A stretch of DNA of 63,872 nt, counting the filler, from Choristocarpus tenellus KU-1152 (taxonomy: Eukaryota > Protista > Phaeophyceae): NCBI GenBank assembly GCA_964200185.2. It is 15 parts of 15 records of this genome, joined end to end, with 100 filler letters (N's around TTAATTAATTAA, not from the genome) between each part and the next. Parts side by side here need not be neighbours in the genome. Positions count along the whole stretch, not along the records: positions 21,561 to 25,275 come from CAXNAD020018338.1; positions 25,376 to 28,361 come from CAXNAD020023138.1; positions 28,462 to 35,309 come from CAXNAD020007222.1; 12 more parts are not named here. One strand, 5' to 3'. A program made the position numbers and the translations under genes. The notes under the pieces were generated by a model, which saw only the letters and a program-made list of their open reading frames with translations, did no database searches and was not told the origin of the DNA. Shown here piece by piece: positions 24,801 through 35,409 of the stretch. Within the stretch, counting starts at the first letter, position 1; each line of letters starts with the position of its first letter.

Positions 24801-25210
24801 TTGTGTTGTGATGAAGGAAAGAATTATGGTGGGAGTTGGTGTATGGAACCCCTCCGTCCGTGGGAATAGCACCTGATCGTACAGAGGGGGAGCAGTAGTT
24901 CTTTTGGTCAGTGTTAAATATTGAAACAAGGGACCCATTCCTACCAAGTAACATGTTTGCTGTTGTGGAAAACCATGTGTGTTGTTGATGGAGTATGTGG
25001 GACGGGGTTTATTTCAGGAAAAGACAAATACATCCTCACACATGCGGTGTTCACCACATCCCTTTGGTCCTGACGACGACATACTGACCTTTCGCTTCGT
25101 GTTAGCCTTGTCTGAACACCCTGTGTCGTCTTTGTCGTCATTCTCTTCGGTTGTTGTCCTCCTCGGGATGGAGTTCGACTCGACCGCCATACAAGTGGCG
25201 AGGATGAAGG
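21877..25210 (-). mobile_element. Spliced Sola2-like DDD transposase pseudogene with two C-terminal Tudor-like domains
   Basis: Core motifs in order: WQARQYKRCKSRLPKGHTAISIDFS..QD.TQ, HTWSDGCRSQFK, HNFFSSYHRKSMSDGVGAVVK, then GIKSMHRF...SCNCTSC...C. Approximate exons 25210-25089, 24940-24122, 23634-23003 and 22700-21877. Several stops and frameshifts. Confidence 0.8.
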
Positions 25211-25212
25211 GT

Positions 25213-25275
25213 CAAAGTATCTGGGGGGGGGGGGGGGGTCGGGGGCCGTTTTTCAACCTTTTTTCGTTTTTCATT
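25213..25275. mobile_element. MITE left end (family C) inserted in the transposase 5' region
   Basis: GGT|CAAAGTATCT-G-run-...CCGTTTTTCAACC, similar to the reverse complement of 2121-2163. Confidence 0.7.
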
Positions 25276-25596
25276 NNNNNNNNNNNNNNNNNNNNNNNNN
25301 NNNNNNNNNNNNNNNNNNNTTAATTAATTAANNNNNNNNNNNNNNNNNNNNNNNNNNNNNNNNNNNNNNNNNNNNTCGTTTTGAGATCTTTGGATTTGGG
25401 TTGTACATCCTGGAAGGTGAGCATTGAGGGGCGCCTGTAACAGATCTTTATTTTCCTCCCACCAGCTCACACCGTCGCTACTTCTCTTTCTTCTACTGCT
25501 TCTCCTCGAGTGTCCTCAACTCTTCTCTTTCGTTGTATCGTTCACCTTTTACTGGCAAGAACTCTCTTCCCTTCTATTTTCGTCTTCTCATTCCAG

Positions 25597-26638
25597 TTGG
25601 GGTGAGATCTTCCGGACAGAACGTGCTCCTCCATGGTCCACCTGGAACAGGCAAAACCAGCCTTGCTGAGGCTGCAGGACGAGAAGCAGGTGCAGCCTTC
25701 TACGCTGTGACACCCAGCTCCATACTATCCAAGTACCAGGGTAAGTAAGAGGGTCAGTCAGCTGAGATGAAACCATCTCAAGCAGCTATGGCAATGACAT
25801 GCACACCCCTGCACACTGACTGCATCATGGGGAGTTCGTGGGTTGGATGTGTGGAAGAAGCATCAATGTCTAGTAGTGAAGGGGGTAGACAGGTGGAGAG
25901 GGTATCTAAAGCTTGTGAGTTTCCAGGTTAAAAGCAAGCCTTAACTGTAACAATGTGCTATGTACTTGGAGCAGTAGAACAAAGAACTCTCAGATTAACT
26001 TATCCGTGACGAGTGTGTACGACGTGTGTATCTTATTTGTATGAACACAAGTGACGAGTGTGATTCGTTCGTTCTAGTGAGACTATTGCACTATAGTGCA
26101 GTTGTTATATATATACAATGAACTGGTGCACAAATGATGATACCCCCATCCCCGTCAAAGCCATGCAACTTCCACAATAACTTTAGCAGGAGCTGTAGTG
26201 GATCATGTTGTGGAACCCGCATCAAGACTACATGTTAGTGATAGGATAGCTTCCACTAGTCCTGCCCAACAGTTTCATATTTTCCTGAAATAATGTACGT
26301 TAGTATAATGATGTTGAACTGCGCAAAGCATTTCAACAGGGAAATTTTCAAGTGCTTTGAAGTATGCTGTGTGTGTGCACGGGTGTCTGTGCACGCATGC
26401 CTACACTTGGTGCTCAGCTTTCTCTCAGATGCTCACGGCTGCCCTTAACTCACCATCTCAATTTCATGAATTGCACACAAACAACAAACTCGTCTTCATT
26501 GGGTGGGCATTATCGCACAACAATCGGCCAATCAACTTATCCACGCAAGGAGAGAGTGAGAGGGTACTCCGCCAGCTTTTTGAGGGGGCCAAAAAGACCA
26601 GCCCTGCTGTCATCTTCCTGGACGAAGTGGACGCCATG
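25597..26638 (+). CDS. AAA+ ATPase, katanin p60/spastin/fidgetin/VPS4 clade (two internal exons)
   Basis: Exons 25597-25740 and 26550-26638 joined in phase 1: NVLLHGPPGTGKT (Walker A), SSILSKYQGESER (pore loop), PAVIFLDEVDAM (Walker B). Confidence 0.88.
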
Positions 26639-28211
26639 GTGGGTGACGTGATATTTCCTGATCTATAGGCAAAAGGAAGGGAAAATGTGTACCCCTGAAC
26701 GCATGCTTACATTATGTATATATGTGAGATATTTCGACGAGCTCGATGTGGAAAGGGGTCAAGTTATTGATGCGTGGACGCGATGCATAAACACGTTGAG
26801 CCGTCACAACTGCTGCAAGAGTTCTCGAAAAGTCTGGCCTTGGGCAGGAACATCTCCGAATCACTGATTCCCAGCGGAATCTGTGAAATAAAAGAACAGT
26901 GTGATACACGAAAAACAGATCGGGAATGTGAGTGTACGAATGGCGAGGAAGAACTACCTAAGCAACGTCTATATCAACCTTCGTTAACAAAGCATCAGTT
27001 CTCTGTTTTTCCTCTCATTTTTTCACATATTTTCGTGTCAATACCTATGGTGAAGCAACATCAGTACAAGATTAAGAACGAACACCGATCTCTCCACTTC
27101 AACCTTCAATCCTACTCTATCGAATGGTGTTGGTGCCTATTTCTATATTCCCTTTAGAGATTATATATCCAGTTTCATGCAGAATGTGGGTCAACCATTT
27201 CTAGTTTTGTTTTCTTTGATCCAGTGTTGCATGGGTGAAGTGAGCCATAGTAAACAATTAGGTACACAAGTTTTGCCTGTTTGCATTCTAACCCTGTTTT
27301 CCAATCTTTTCTAATTCACTCATATTTCTATGTATCAAGTTCTAAGTTTGACTCGAGAGCGTTAATTCTCTGCTGTTTGTAACTTTTTAGACAAAAAAAA
27401 ATCCTATATACATTTCTAAAAAGTAACGAATTTTGCGCGTATTTGTAGGCATCCTATTTTTTTGGTGCCTCTCGTTTACCTTAACTCAATAAACGAGACT
27501 CAATGGTTTCATTTGTGTTTTCCCGCAAACGCTTAATACGGCAGAGTAGCACTTTACACTCTGTATTTCAATGGACATCCATCATCTATTCTATAATATC
27601 GATAATACATGACAAAAAAAAAACATGTTGGTGCCACAATTCATCAATCCGTAGACCTGTTAAATTGGTTCTGTAGATCTTTCCATCTGTCTTGATATAT
27701 TGCAGTGAAGGACCCAAACAAGATTGTTAGTGGCAGCAACAACACCACAAACAATTCATATTCAGCAGAACACTACTACATTTTTACAATGCAAGAGTGA
27801 ACACAGAATATTGTTACTCTTGAGAAAGATGAGCGTAAATGTACCATTGCATGGAGTACTTGACATCCGTTTTATTTTGGCATGCAGAAACTAATTCTTA
27901 AAAGTATACCCTATTACTACTCCATTCGACATAAGGGTGGCATTTCCAGCAAGTGTGTGTAATGATAAAGGGTATTCTTCCTCACAACCATACCATAAGA
28001 TTACAAGTCCCAGGTGAATAGCTCATCACCCTACGAAAGTCGAACCTTGAGGCTCTGGGAAGGTTGGACCCCCTTCTTCCTGTGTGTGAAATATACGGTA
28101 GTACTACCACCTTTTGTTTAGAAATGTCAATTTACATCGATGGGTTTTTCTCCTGCTGATGTACGATAGCGCAGGAACCTGGCAGTATGTCTATTTAGTC
28201 TACCAAAGGCT

Positions 28212-28361
28212 CAGAGTATATGGGAAGGGGTGGAGGCTGTCCATTTTGACCATTTTTTTCATGTCGCGATGTCTGGATGATTTGGTTCCATAGGTCGGGT
28301 GGTTAAATCTAAGTACACTTTTCCTGGTTATGGTCCAAATGGACACCCTGGTGTAGACCCC
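28212..28361. mobile_element. MITE family A, inverted copy cut by the contig end
   Basis: GCT|CAGAGTATATGGGAAGGGG...; reverse-complement homolog of 1975-2117. Confidence 0.8.
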
Positions 28362-28790
28362 NNNNNNNNNNNNNNNNNNNNNNNNNNNNNNNNNNNNNNN
28401 NNNNNTTAATTAATTAANNNNNNNNNNNNNNNNNNNNNNNNNNNNNNNNNNNNNNNNNNNNGGGGGAGAATGGAAAAAGTAACCACAGCAGCACTGAGAC
28501 AAAGGCAGCAGCAACTGATAAAAATTTGGACATCAAAAGCCACAACCTCACACCCAGTGCACCATCACATTTTGATTGACTCTGAAATAATTCTGCGTTC
28601 AGATGAGCTACAACTACCCTAACCCTAACCAAAAGGTAGTTGTACTATTTGTTAACTTCACACTCCACACAAAAATTAGTACTTCTACCTTGAAAAAAGC
28701 CTTCCAAATTATATCATTCTTGTCCCGCCCAACTGCGTAACAACTAAGAATCTATTTCACAGGAACGATGCACCCAGCCTATGCCCCCAA

Positions 28791-29298
28791 TACTTTCAAC
28801 ACTTAGAAACACTATCAACACCTAGGCACACTTTCAAAAATCAGAAACACTTTTAACACCTAGACACACTTTCAACAAGTAGAAACACTTTCAACACTTA
28901 GAAACACTTTCAACAATTAGAAACACTTTCAACAATTAGAAACACTTTCAACAATTAGAAACACTTTCAACAATTAGAAACACTTTTAACACCTAGACAC
29001 ACTTTCAACAATTAGAAACACTTTCAACACCTAGACACACTTTCAACACTTAGAAACACTTTCAACACCTAGGCACACTTTCAACACTTAGAAACACTTT
29101 CAACACCTAGGCACACTTTCAACACTTAGAAACACTTTCAACACCTAGGCACACTTTCAACACTTAGAAACACTTTCAACACCTAGGCACACTTTCAACA
29201 CTTAGAAACACTTTCAACACCTAGGCACACTTTCAACAATTAGACACACTTTCAACACCTAGACACACTTTCAACACTTAAGAAACACTTTCAACACT
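28791..29298. repeat. 19-bp minisatellite (about 26 units) with 38-bp higher-order alternation
   Basis: Unit ACACTTTCAACA(C/A)(T/C)TAG(A/G)(A/C). A homogeneous CAATTAG block comes first, then alternating CACTTAGAA / CACCTAGGC units from about 29040 to 29230. Confidence 0.95.
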
Positions 29299-30313
29299 CT
29301 TCCAAGACAAAAAAAAAAAGCGTATGGTATGCGTTCGAAGCACCAGTACATCCCACTGTTGTGTGTATCATCAGTGACATAAAATGCTAACACCTCCCAG
29401 ATCTTGCACAAGGTTGGTTTAAAAAATCTCTGCACAAACATTGCACCAAGTTGTAGCTGTGTGGTGAGCAACTATCACTACAACCAAACCGTTTATTGCC
29501 GGGGAAGAGAGATTGATTCTTACACTCTGCTATGAGTCACTCGTTTCAGGCAACCAACATAGGGATCTCTCCTCTACAGAAATTCAGTCCACAGCACAAC
29601 ACCAGCGTTCACACTCCAGGCATAAAACAATAATCTGTAAGTGAGGGTTGTGTCGCCGATATAGTCAAACTGCAATTAAAAACACAATTGCTGGACACTA
29701 CCTTAAGTGTGTGATACTGCCACAAGAGTGTGAAATACAGTCCTAGTGAAGAAGTTCTAAGCATATGAGTATACTGAGGGTTCAATTCTTCGGGAGACTA
29801 TCCTCTTGCCAAGTCCTTCACTCTTTCCCACAACGTCATTGCCGATTGTGGTTGGATAATGGGTTGGGAGAGGCCTGCCCTACATCTCAACTTGCGGTCT
29901 TTTTTAACACTATGTTAAAACACTATGTCAAAAAACTATTTCAAAAGGGGTTAGCTCCTGGAAAACATGTTGGCCACAGTTGCAGTACATTGTGTTGGCA
30001 CACACTTGACAACAAGGTCTAACAAACAGTATCCCTTTTTGAAACTGGTACACTTCATGTAACATGACAAATGACAATAACCCACAATAACCCACTCACA
30101 CTACATACTATGAAAATTGAATGAGGTGGAAAAATTAGCCCGAGCAAGGTAATAGACACACGCATAAAAGTGTTTGCATACATGTACTTTTGACGCAGCT
30201 ATAATTACACAGAAATTCAGATAACACAAATTTTCATGCCTAATGTTGCTGACTATCATGGCACCAAAGTTCACTCAACACAAATAAATGCAATTACGTA
30301 CACTTACACACAC

Positions 30314-31723
30314 CTGCTGAAGGAACACATTCCGGCTATGATCAAGGGGAGGGGGCCGCTGCAAGGGAGAATTTTTTGACAGCTCACGAAGATGGGGAAA
30401 CAGATACTGCTCCAGTTGAGACCATGTTACCTGCAGTGTCAATATGTAATGTGCAAGGTAAGGTGTCAAGGAGATTGGTGTTACGTGTCAAGAGGTATGA
30501 ACACTTTTACATGCATCCTCTAAATACCTATGTGCTCGCAAGCACTTGTATTCCAGACCATGGTGCACTGGTGCTGGAGTCAAGTGCAAGTCATAGTAAC
30601 CAGGCAGCAATCCACTGTTTAGATCGGGGAAAGACGTGATAGCAAGTGTGCTGCTACCTTAAGATGCACGATGTGACCATTGTCCAAATTCCCAAGGTCA
30701 AACGATCGGGGCATCAATACACCTAGGAAACTTGTGCATGTTGTGATAAATAATCTCCCACCCTGTGTAATTGGTACGGATATTTGTTCTCTGAGTCATT
30801 GTGAAACATCCCATGGGAGGAGACAAGAGGCCTCTAGTAAGTCTTCAATTGCAAAAATGGTGTACAAAAGAGGTCATTCCATCCTACCATCCTCAACAGA
30901 TGTTGTAGTTTGCACGCCATGCAGATGTTGTCAGGGCGGTTGTCCGAGAGGCCGGACAAAAAGTAACAGTTGGAAAATGTGTAAATTCAACTAACCCCCT
31001 TGCAACTAGGGCAGGACGATGCAAATGGGGTAGACAACCTAAGGAACTACTCTCATAAGGAGGTAGTTTGAAATGCCCAATCCCGCCTGCTTACCAGGGT
31101 CGTGAAGATTTGCTGCATCCAAGGGTAGTCAGGATTGCTTCCAACCCGGCAATGCTCTTCCACGAATCTTTTGCATTCCTGCTTGAACACGATATTAGAG
31201 TTGACTGATTGGCAAGGTTATTGACATGGAGTAATCTGCACGCTGAATGCTTGTGGGCTGTCCCAACCCACCAAGAATTGTAGGACAATAGTAACTCCAG
31301 ACACGATAAGAGCATGAACGAGAAATTCAGCTCTGCCCATCTGTTATCTATTCAAGTTATATTCTTGGAACCTCCCAACTGATCCTGTTAGTCTTACGAA
31401 GAGAGTAACGCAGGGTAGGCGACAGAGACTGGAAGAAGGAGAAGGCAAACTCACACGCTCACGAACCATTTGCTTCCCTCGTTGTACTTCATAAGTTGTA
31501 TAATATACAGGTGCTTTCTTCCGTAGGGTCGACTTCATTGCCTTTCCTGCTTGTGTCTGTGTCGTGCATAAGCAAATACCTCTTTCTTGTCGAATCGCAT
31601 CGCTTCAGGGCACTTCTTGAAAATAGTGTTATCGACCAGGGGGTGAACATCGTCTTGATCTTTATCAAATAGTCCCCGAAGACAAGTTATTTTCTCATTG
31701 TGCGTCATCTCCACTCGGACTGC
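30314..31723 (-). pseudogene. Decayed multi-exon gene of unknown family
   Basis: AG/GT-bounded open blocks 31723-31580 (AVRVEMTHNEKITCLRGLFDKD...) and 30430-30314 (VTWSQLEQYLFPHLREL...). The blocks between them have stops and phase conflicts. Confidence 0.35.
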
Positions 31724-32399
31724 CTACCGTGTGGGGTTTATCAGGGAGATCAGGATAATCATCAACTATGGGCAAAATTCAAAAACTACACTACTACTTT
31801 TAAATATCACTCACTAACCAAAAAGTAGTTAAGTTGTTATTGTAGGATCGTATCCGATGCCGATATTTAATAATATTATTTACACATTGGTTTGAGAACA
31901 CTGATCTCCCACAATTGATTGATTGCACGTCATTCACTTAACATACTACATATAAATGATGGCATAGACCAACAAAGAAGATAAGCTAGATTAGGCACGA
32001 CAGTATGGGGAATGGGCAATTTCCAAAGGCGTTATTGTTTGTTTGGGGACCTGTTGCAACTAACTGGAAAACGGAACAATGGTAGACAAGGAGAACTGGT
32101 GGTGGATGTGCCTCTCTGTCATGTTGTTGGCACACACCATCCATTAAACATGCTGCAACCACATCTTGCTTCCTGCGTCTTTGATGTTGCTGCGTAAGGA
32201 TCCCTTGCTAAAAGGATGACGGCTGCTGACGATATTCCAGTACTTTTTTTCCGATACATGCTACAAGTCCTTTCCACACCCTGATGGTACACATTCGTGA
32301 AGTACCAACAGGAACTCTAAACAAAATATAACGGATTGGTTAGATGTTAAGTTTGTTCATGGCTTATTCAATATTTCAACTATTAATACTCACAGGTGG

Positions 32400-32760
32400 A
32401 CGGAACCCTCCTTTTTTGGACCAATTTTTCAAAACACAAGTCATAGATTAGCAAGAACCACCTTTCGAGTATCCTCTTGAGGTGCGCTCCAAACCTATGA
32501 CCCCAAGAAGGTACGTAAAATGTACCTTTTTGGACGACCTTTTGAAGTGCTCTCCAAACTTCTGGACCTTGAGTTTTTACAAAAGAACTTTCGAGGTATT
32601 TTTTCAAATCATAGGCCCATATGTTTATGAAAAGTACCTTTTTGAGTGACCTCTTGACGGGCTCCAAACCCATGGCCCTTCGGTTTGTAAAAACTTACCT
32701 TTGAGTAACCTTTTGAGGTGAACTCCAAAATCCATAATCCTTGGGTATGCAAAAAGTAAT
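32400..32760. repeat. Degenerate ~60-bp tandem repeat (about 6 units)
   Basis: Recurring ACCTTT..GAGT.ACCT.TTGAGGTG..CTCCAAA ... AAAAGT. Confidence 0.7.
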
Positions 32761-33147
32761 TGTATCGCGTGAATGCGCTCATGTCAAATTAAAGTTTTCC
32801 TTTCCACAACCCTATGGAAAGGAGTTTGTATGTTGAAATAAATTACTGACTCTTCAGGAAACTTAAGTCCATGGGCATCCCCTGTTACCATTGTACTACA
32901 GTATCGGAATGACCAACCCCCTCATTTTGTGAATATTGGGTGGACCATGAACAAGAACTTAAACCGCAATCCATTGCCGTTATCGTCCATGGAAAAGTGT
33001 TTGCCTGCACAGGGATGTTCAAAACATTAATCTTTTCTTCATATCCAATTATCATGCTGACAACTACCGATAACTGAGGAATGCAGACGACGAAGTTTTG
33101 CCTTCGTCACACCAGACAATAAATTCGAGTTTCAGAGGATAATGACC

Positions 33148-33352
33148 TAAAGTATCTGGGGGGGGNNNNNNNNNNAAAGAAAAGCAAGGGGGGGGGGGGG
33201 GGGAGGCTTACACCAGGGTGTCCATTTGGTTTCAAATCAGGAAAACTACATTTACATTATCCATCCAACGTATGAAACCAATTCACCCAAAAATGGCGAA
33301 ATGATAAAATTGACCCCAAATGGACAGGTGCCACCCCCCCCTAGATGCTTTG
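33148..33352. mobile_element. MITE family A, both ends present, inserted in the Gypsy RT
   Basis: ACC|TAAAGTATCTGGG ... CCCCTAGATGCTTTG|ACC; contains a 10-N gap. Confidence 0.85.
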
Positions 33353-33819
33353 ACCATATGGTTGGGAGTACAAAACTCACCATAGATCTTCCAACACTTC
33401 ATGTCTGAAACATTTTTTTTCAATCGGACCTAGTTCTGGGACATAGTTGTATTTGGAATATAGATTGTTCTAGCCACACCAACGTGGACACATGCAAACA
33501 ATTGATCACAACAGCACTTTCAACCATACAATCAATTTTTCCCATGACACGTCTACAAAATGTGAGAGGGCATGATAATAAAATACAGTAGTAGGGATTG
33601 CACTAAAAAATTCCAAGGCTCAATTTGGTTCCAAACGAACCCACATAGTACTGTTACAGGGATATGGAATAAGCCCAAAAGAATCAATGACCCACATATC
33701 ACAAGCTCGAAGTAAGTCTATTTTACATGAATCCCACTCAAACGATGTAAGGTCAGCAACGTTTGTCCTTCTGTCAAATCCCGTCTACGACAGATAGTTT
33801 CTGTCACAACATAAGTAGG

Positions 33820-33972
33820 TCTATCTAAACGTGTCATGAGTTTTGAGCTGGAGACACCAGGGAGATGGGCAAGGATGGGCTTGTTAAATTCTTGGGATGC
33901 TTCCCAAGCACCTCACCCTGGGGTAGAGGAATAGGTAGATTGGAGGCACAGGAGGGCAGCGGTGCAGCATAG
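33820..33972. repeat. Dispersed repeat family F
   Basis: About 150 bp homologous to the reverse complement of 54465-54620. Confidence 0.7.
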
Positions 33973-35245
33973 CCGGTAGTAAACTAAGAATAAATGATAG
34001 AAGAAAGTCTTTCACATTTACGACAACTGTTACTTTTTCAAGGGTTGTTCTGACATTTGAATGGTGTTTCATTGGTTTTTCCCCTGACACATCCTCAAAA
34101 ATGTCAGATGGTATAATAATAATAATAAAATTGTGAGGGAATACATTCCACACTCCACATTTAGTGACCGTAAACAGGACCATTAGTGAGTCAATAATAC
34201 ACCGTAAGACATAAAAGAACCGAAAAAACCACCAACCCAAAAGAAGCAGCCAAAAACCGGAAAACACGATACTACACATGCTTGGATAGAATAATCCACA
34301 ACACACTGCTTTTGGAAGGCGGAAGCGACTTTCAACAGTGGCTCCAGTAGCACACTTTCATAGTCTTTCAAAGAATTTCTAACTTGATGCTAGTAATGTA
34401 GGATGGGAAGCTCTCTTGGTCCACAAAAGTGACGATAGAAACATGAAATCATCGCGCATCACAATGCCTTACTCTCCCCGTCCCAACAACAATCTTCCAC
34501 GACACAGAAATTGTTCCTTGCACTTATTCTGGAAATCCGACACTGAAGACGGAAGCCAGGGCAAATATTTTACAGATGGTAAGTAGTGTTTTGTGACCAT
34601 TCAGTCTGACCGTGGCTGCATACTATGGAAGACACGTCCACCATGTGACTAAGTGGGCTCTGACCCTCAAACCTTTGACTTTGGCAATATTCACAAGAAT
34701 TTTGGCGAATTGCATTACATTCCCGATAGATTAACACGATTCGATTGGAAGAATTTTAAAACTTGAATATGAGCCAGTCGTTTTAAACCATGATCAGTCG
34801 TAATATTGGATCCGAGACCTCAGACACTATCCCCAAAACCAGCAAGATTGTCCCAGTCTATGAATTACCAGAGAACTGCTTGGGTGAAATTGTAGTACTA
34901 GTGTTTGGAAGCTTAGCAACAAGAATATATTTTACACTTTTAAGTTGGACCATCCAAACTTCTTGTGGAGGGGTGGTGGCATCTTTTCCTCAAAATGATG
35001 TTAGAACTGGATTGACATTAGAGGCGGGTGGTATCTGATATTGCTCTTGACCTTCTCCCTCTTGACCTGGTTACTTTGTGGGGTAGATTCTATTGTATCT
35101 TTTGTTTGTCGATTTCCTATACCCTCACAGGGCAAGTATGCTGGAGACGGAAGAATATCTATACCGTCCCTTAAATTCAGTTGAATTATTTACCAGACTT
35201 CTTGTGGTAAACGCCCAATGTGCAGAAAGAGTGCTCACTATTAAA

Positions 35246-35309
35246 CAGCGGATCATGATAATGGCGGATGGATCATTTCATGGAGGATGGGTTTGACCGA
35301 AATGGTGCG
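35246..35309. mobile_element. DNA-transposon terminus family E
   Basis: Near-identical to the reverse complement of 54398-54462. Confidence 0.65.
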
Positions 35310-35409
35310 NNNNNNNNNNNNNNNNNNNNNNNNNNNNNNNNNNNNNNNNNNNNTTAATTAATTAANNNNNNNNNNNNNNNNNNNNNNNNNNNNNNNNNNN
35401 NNNNNNNNN

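Larger units (their letters stand above)
32780..34745 (+). mobile_element. Ty3/Gypsy pol remnant (RT and RNase H), interrupted by younger insertions
   Basis: SPWASPVTIV, QLPITEE..FAFVTPDNKFEFQR, PYG; later LTVAPV, LDASNVGWEALLVH, TIQSDRG and TKWALTL. Many stops and frameshifts. Confidence 0.8.

Noticed and set aside
25213-25275. CAAAGTATCT terminus as the TIR of the Sola2-like element
   Set aside because: Its orientation opens away from the transposase and it cuts into coding sequence, so it is a later insertion.
28791-29298. CRISPR-like array
   Set aside because: Units are head-to-tail with no unique spacers, there are no cas genes, and the context is eukaryotic.
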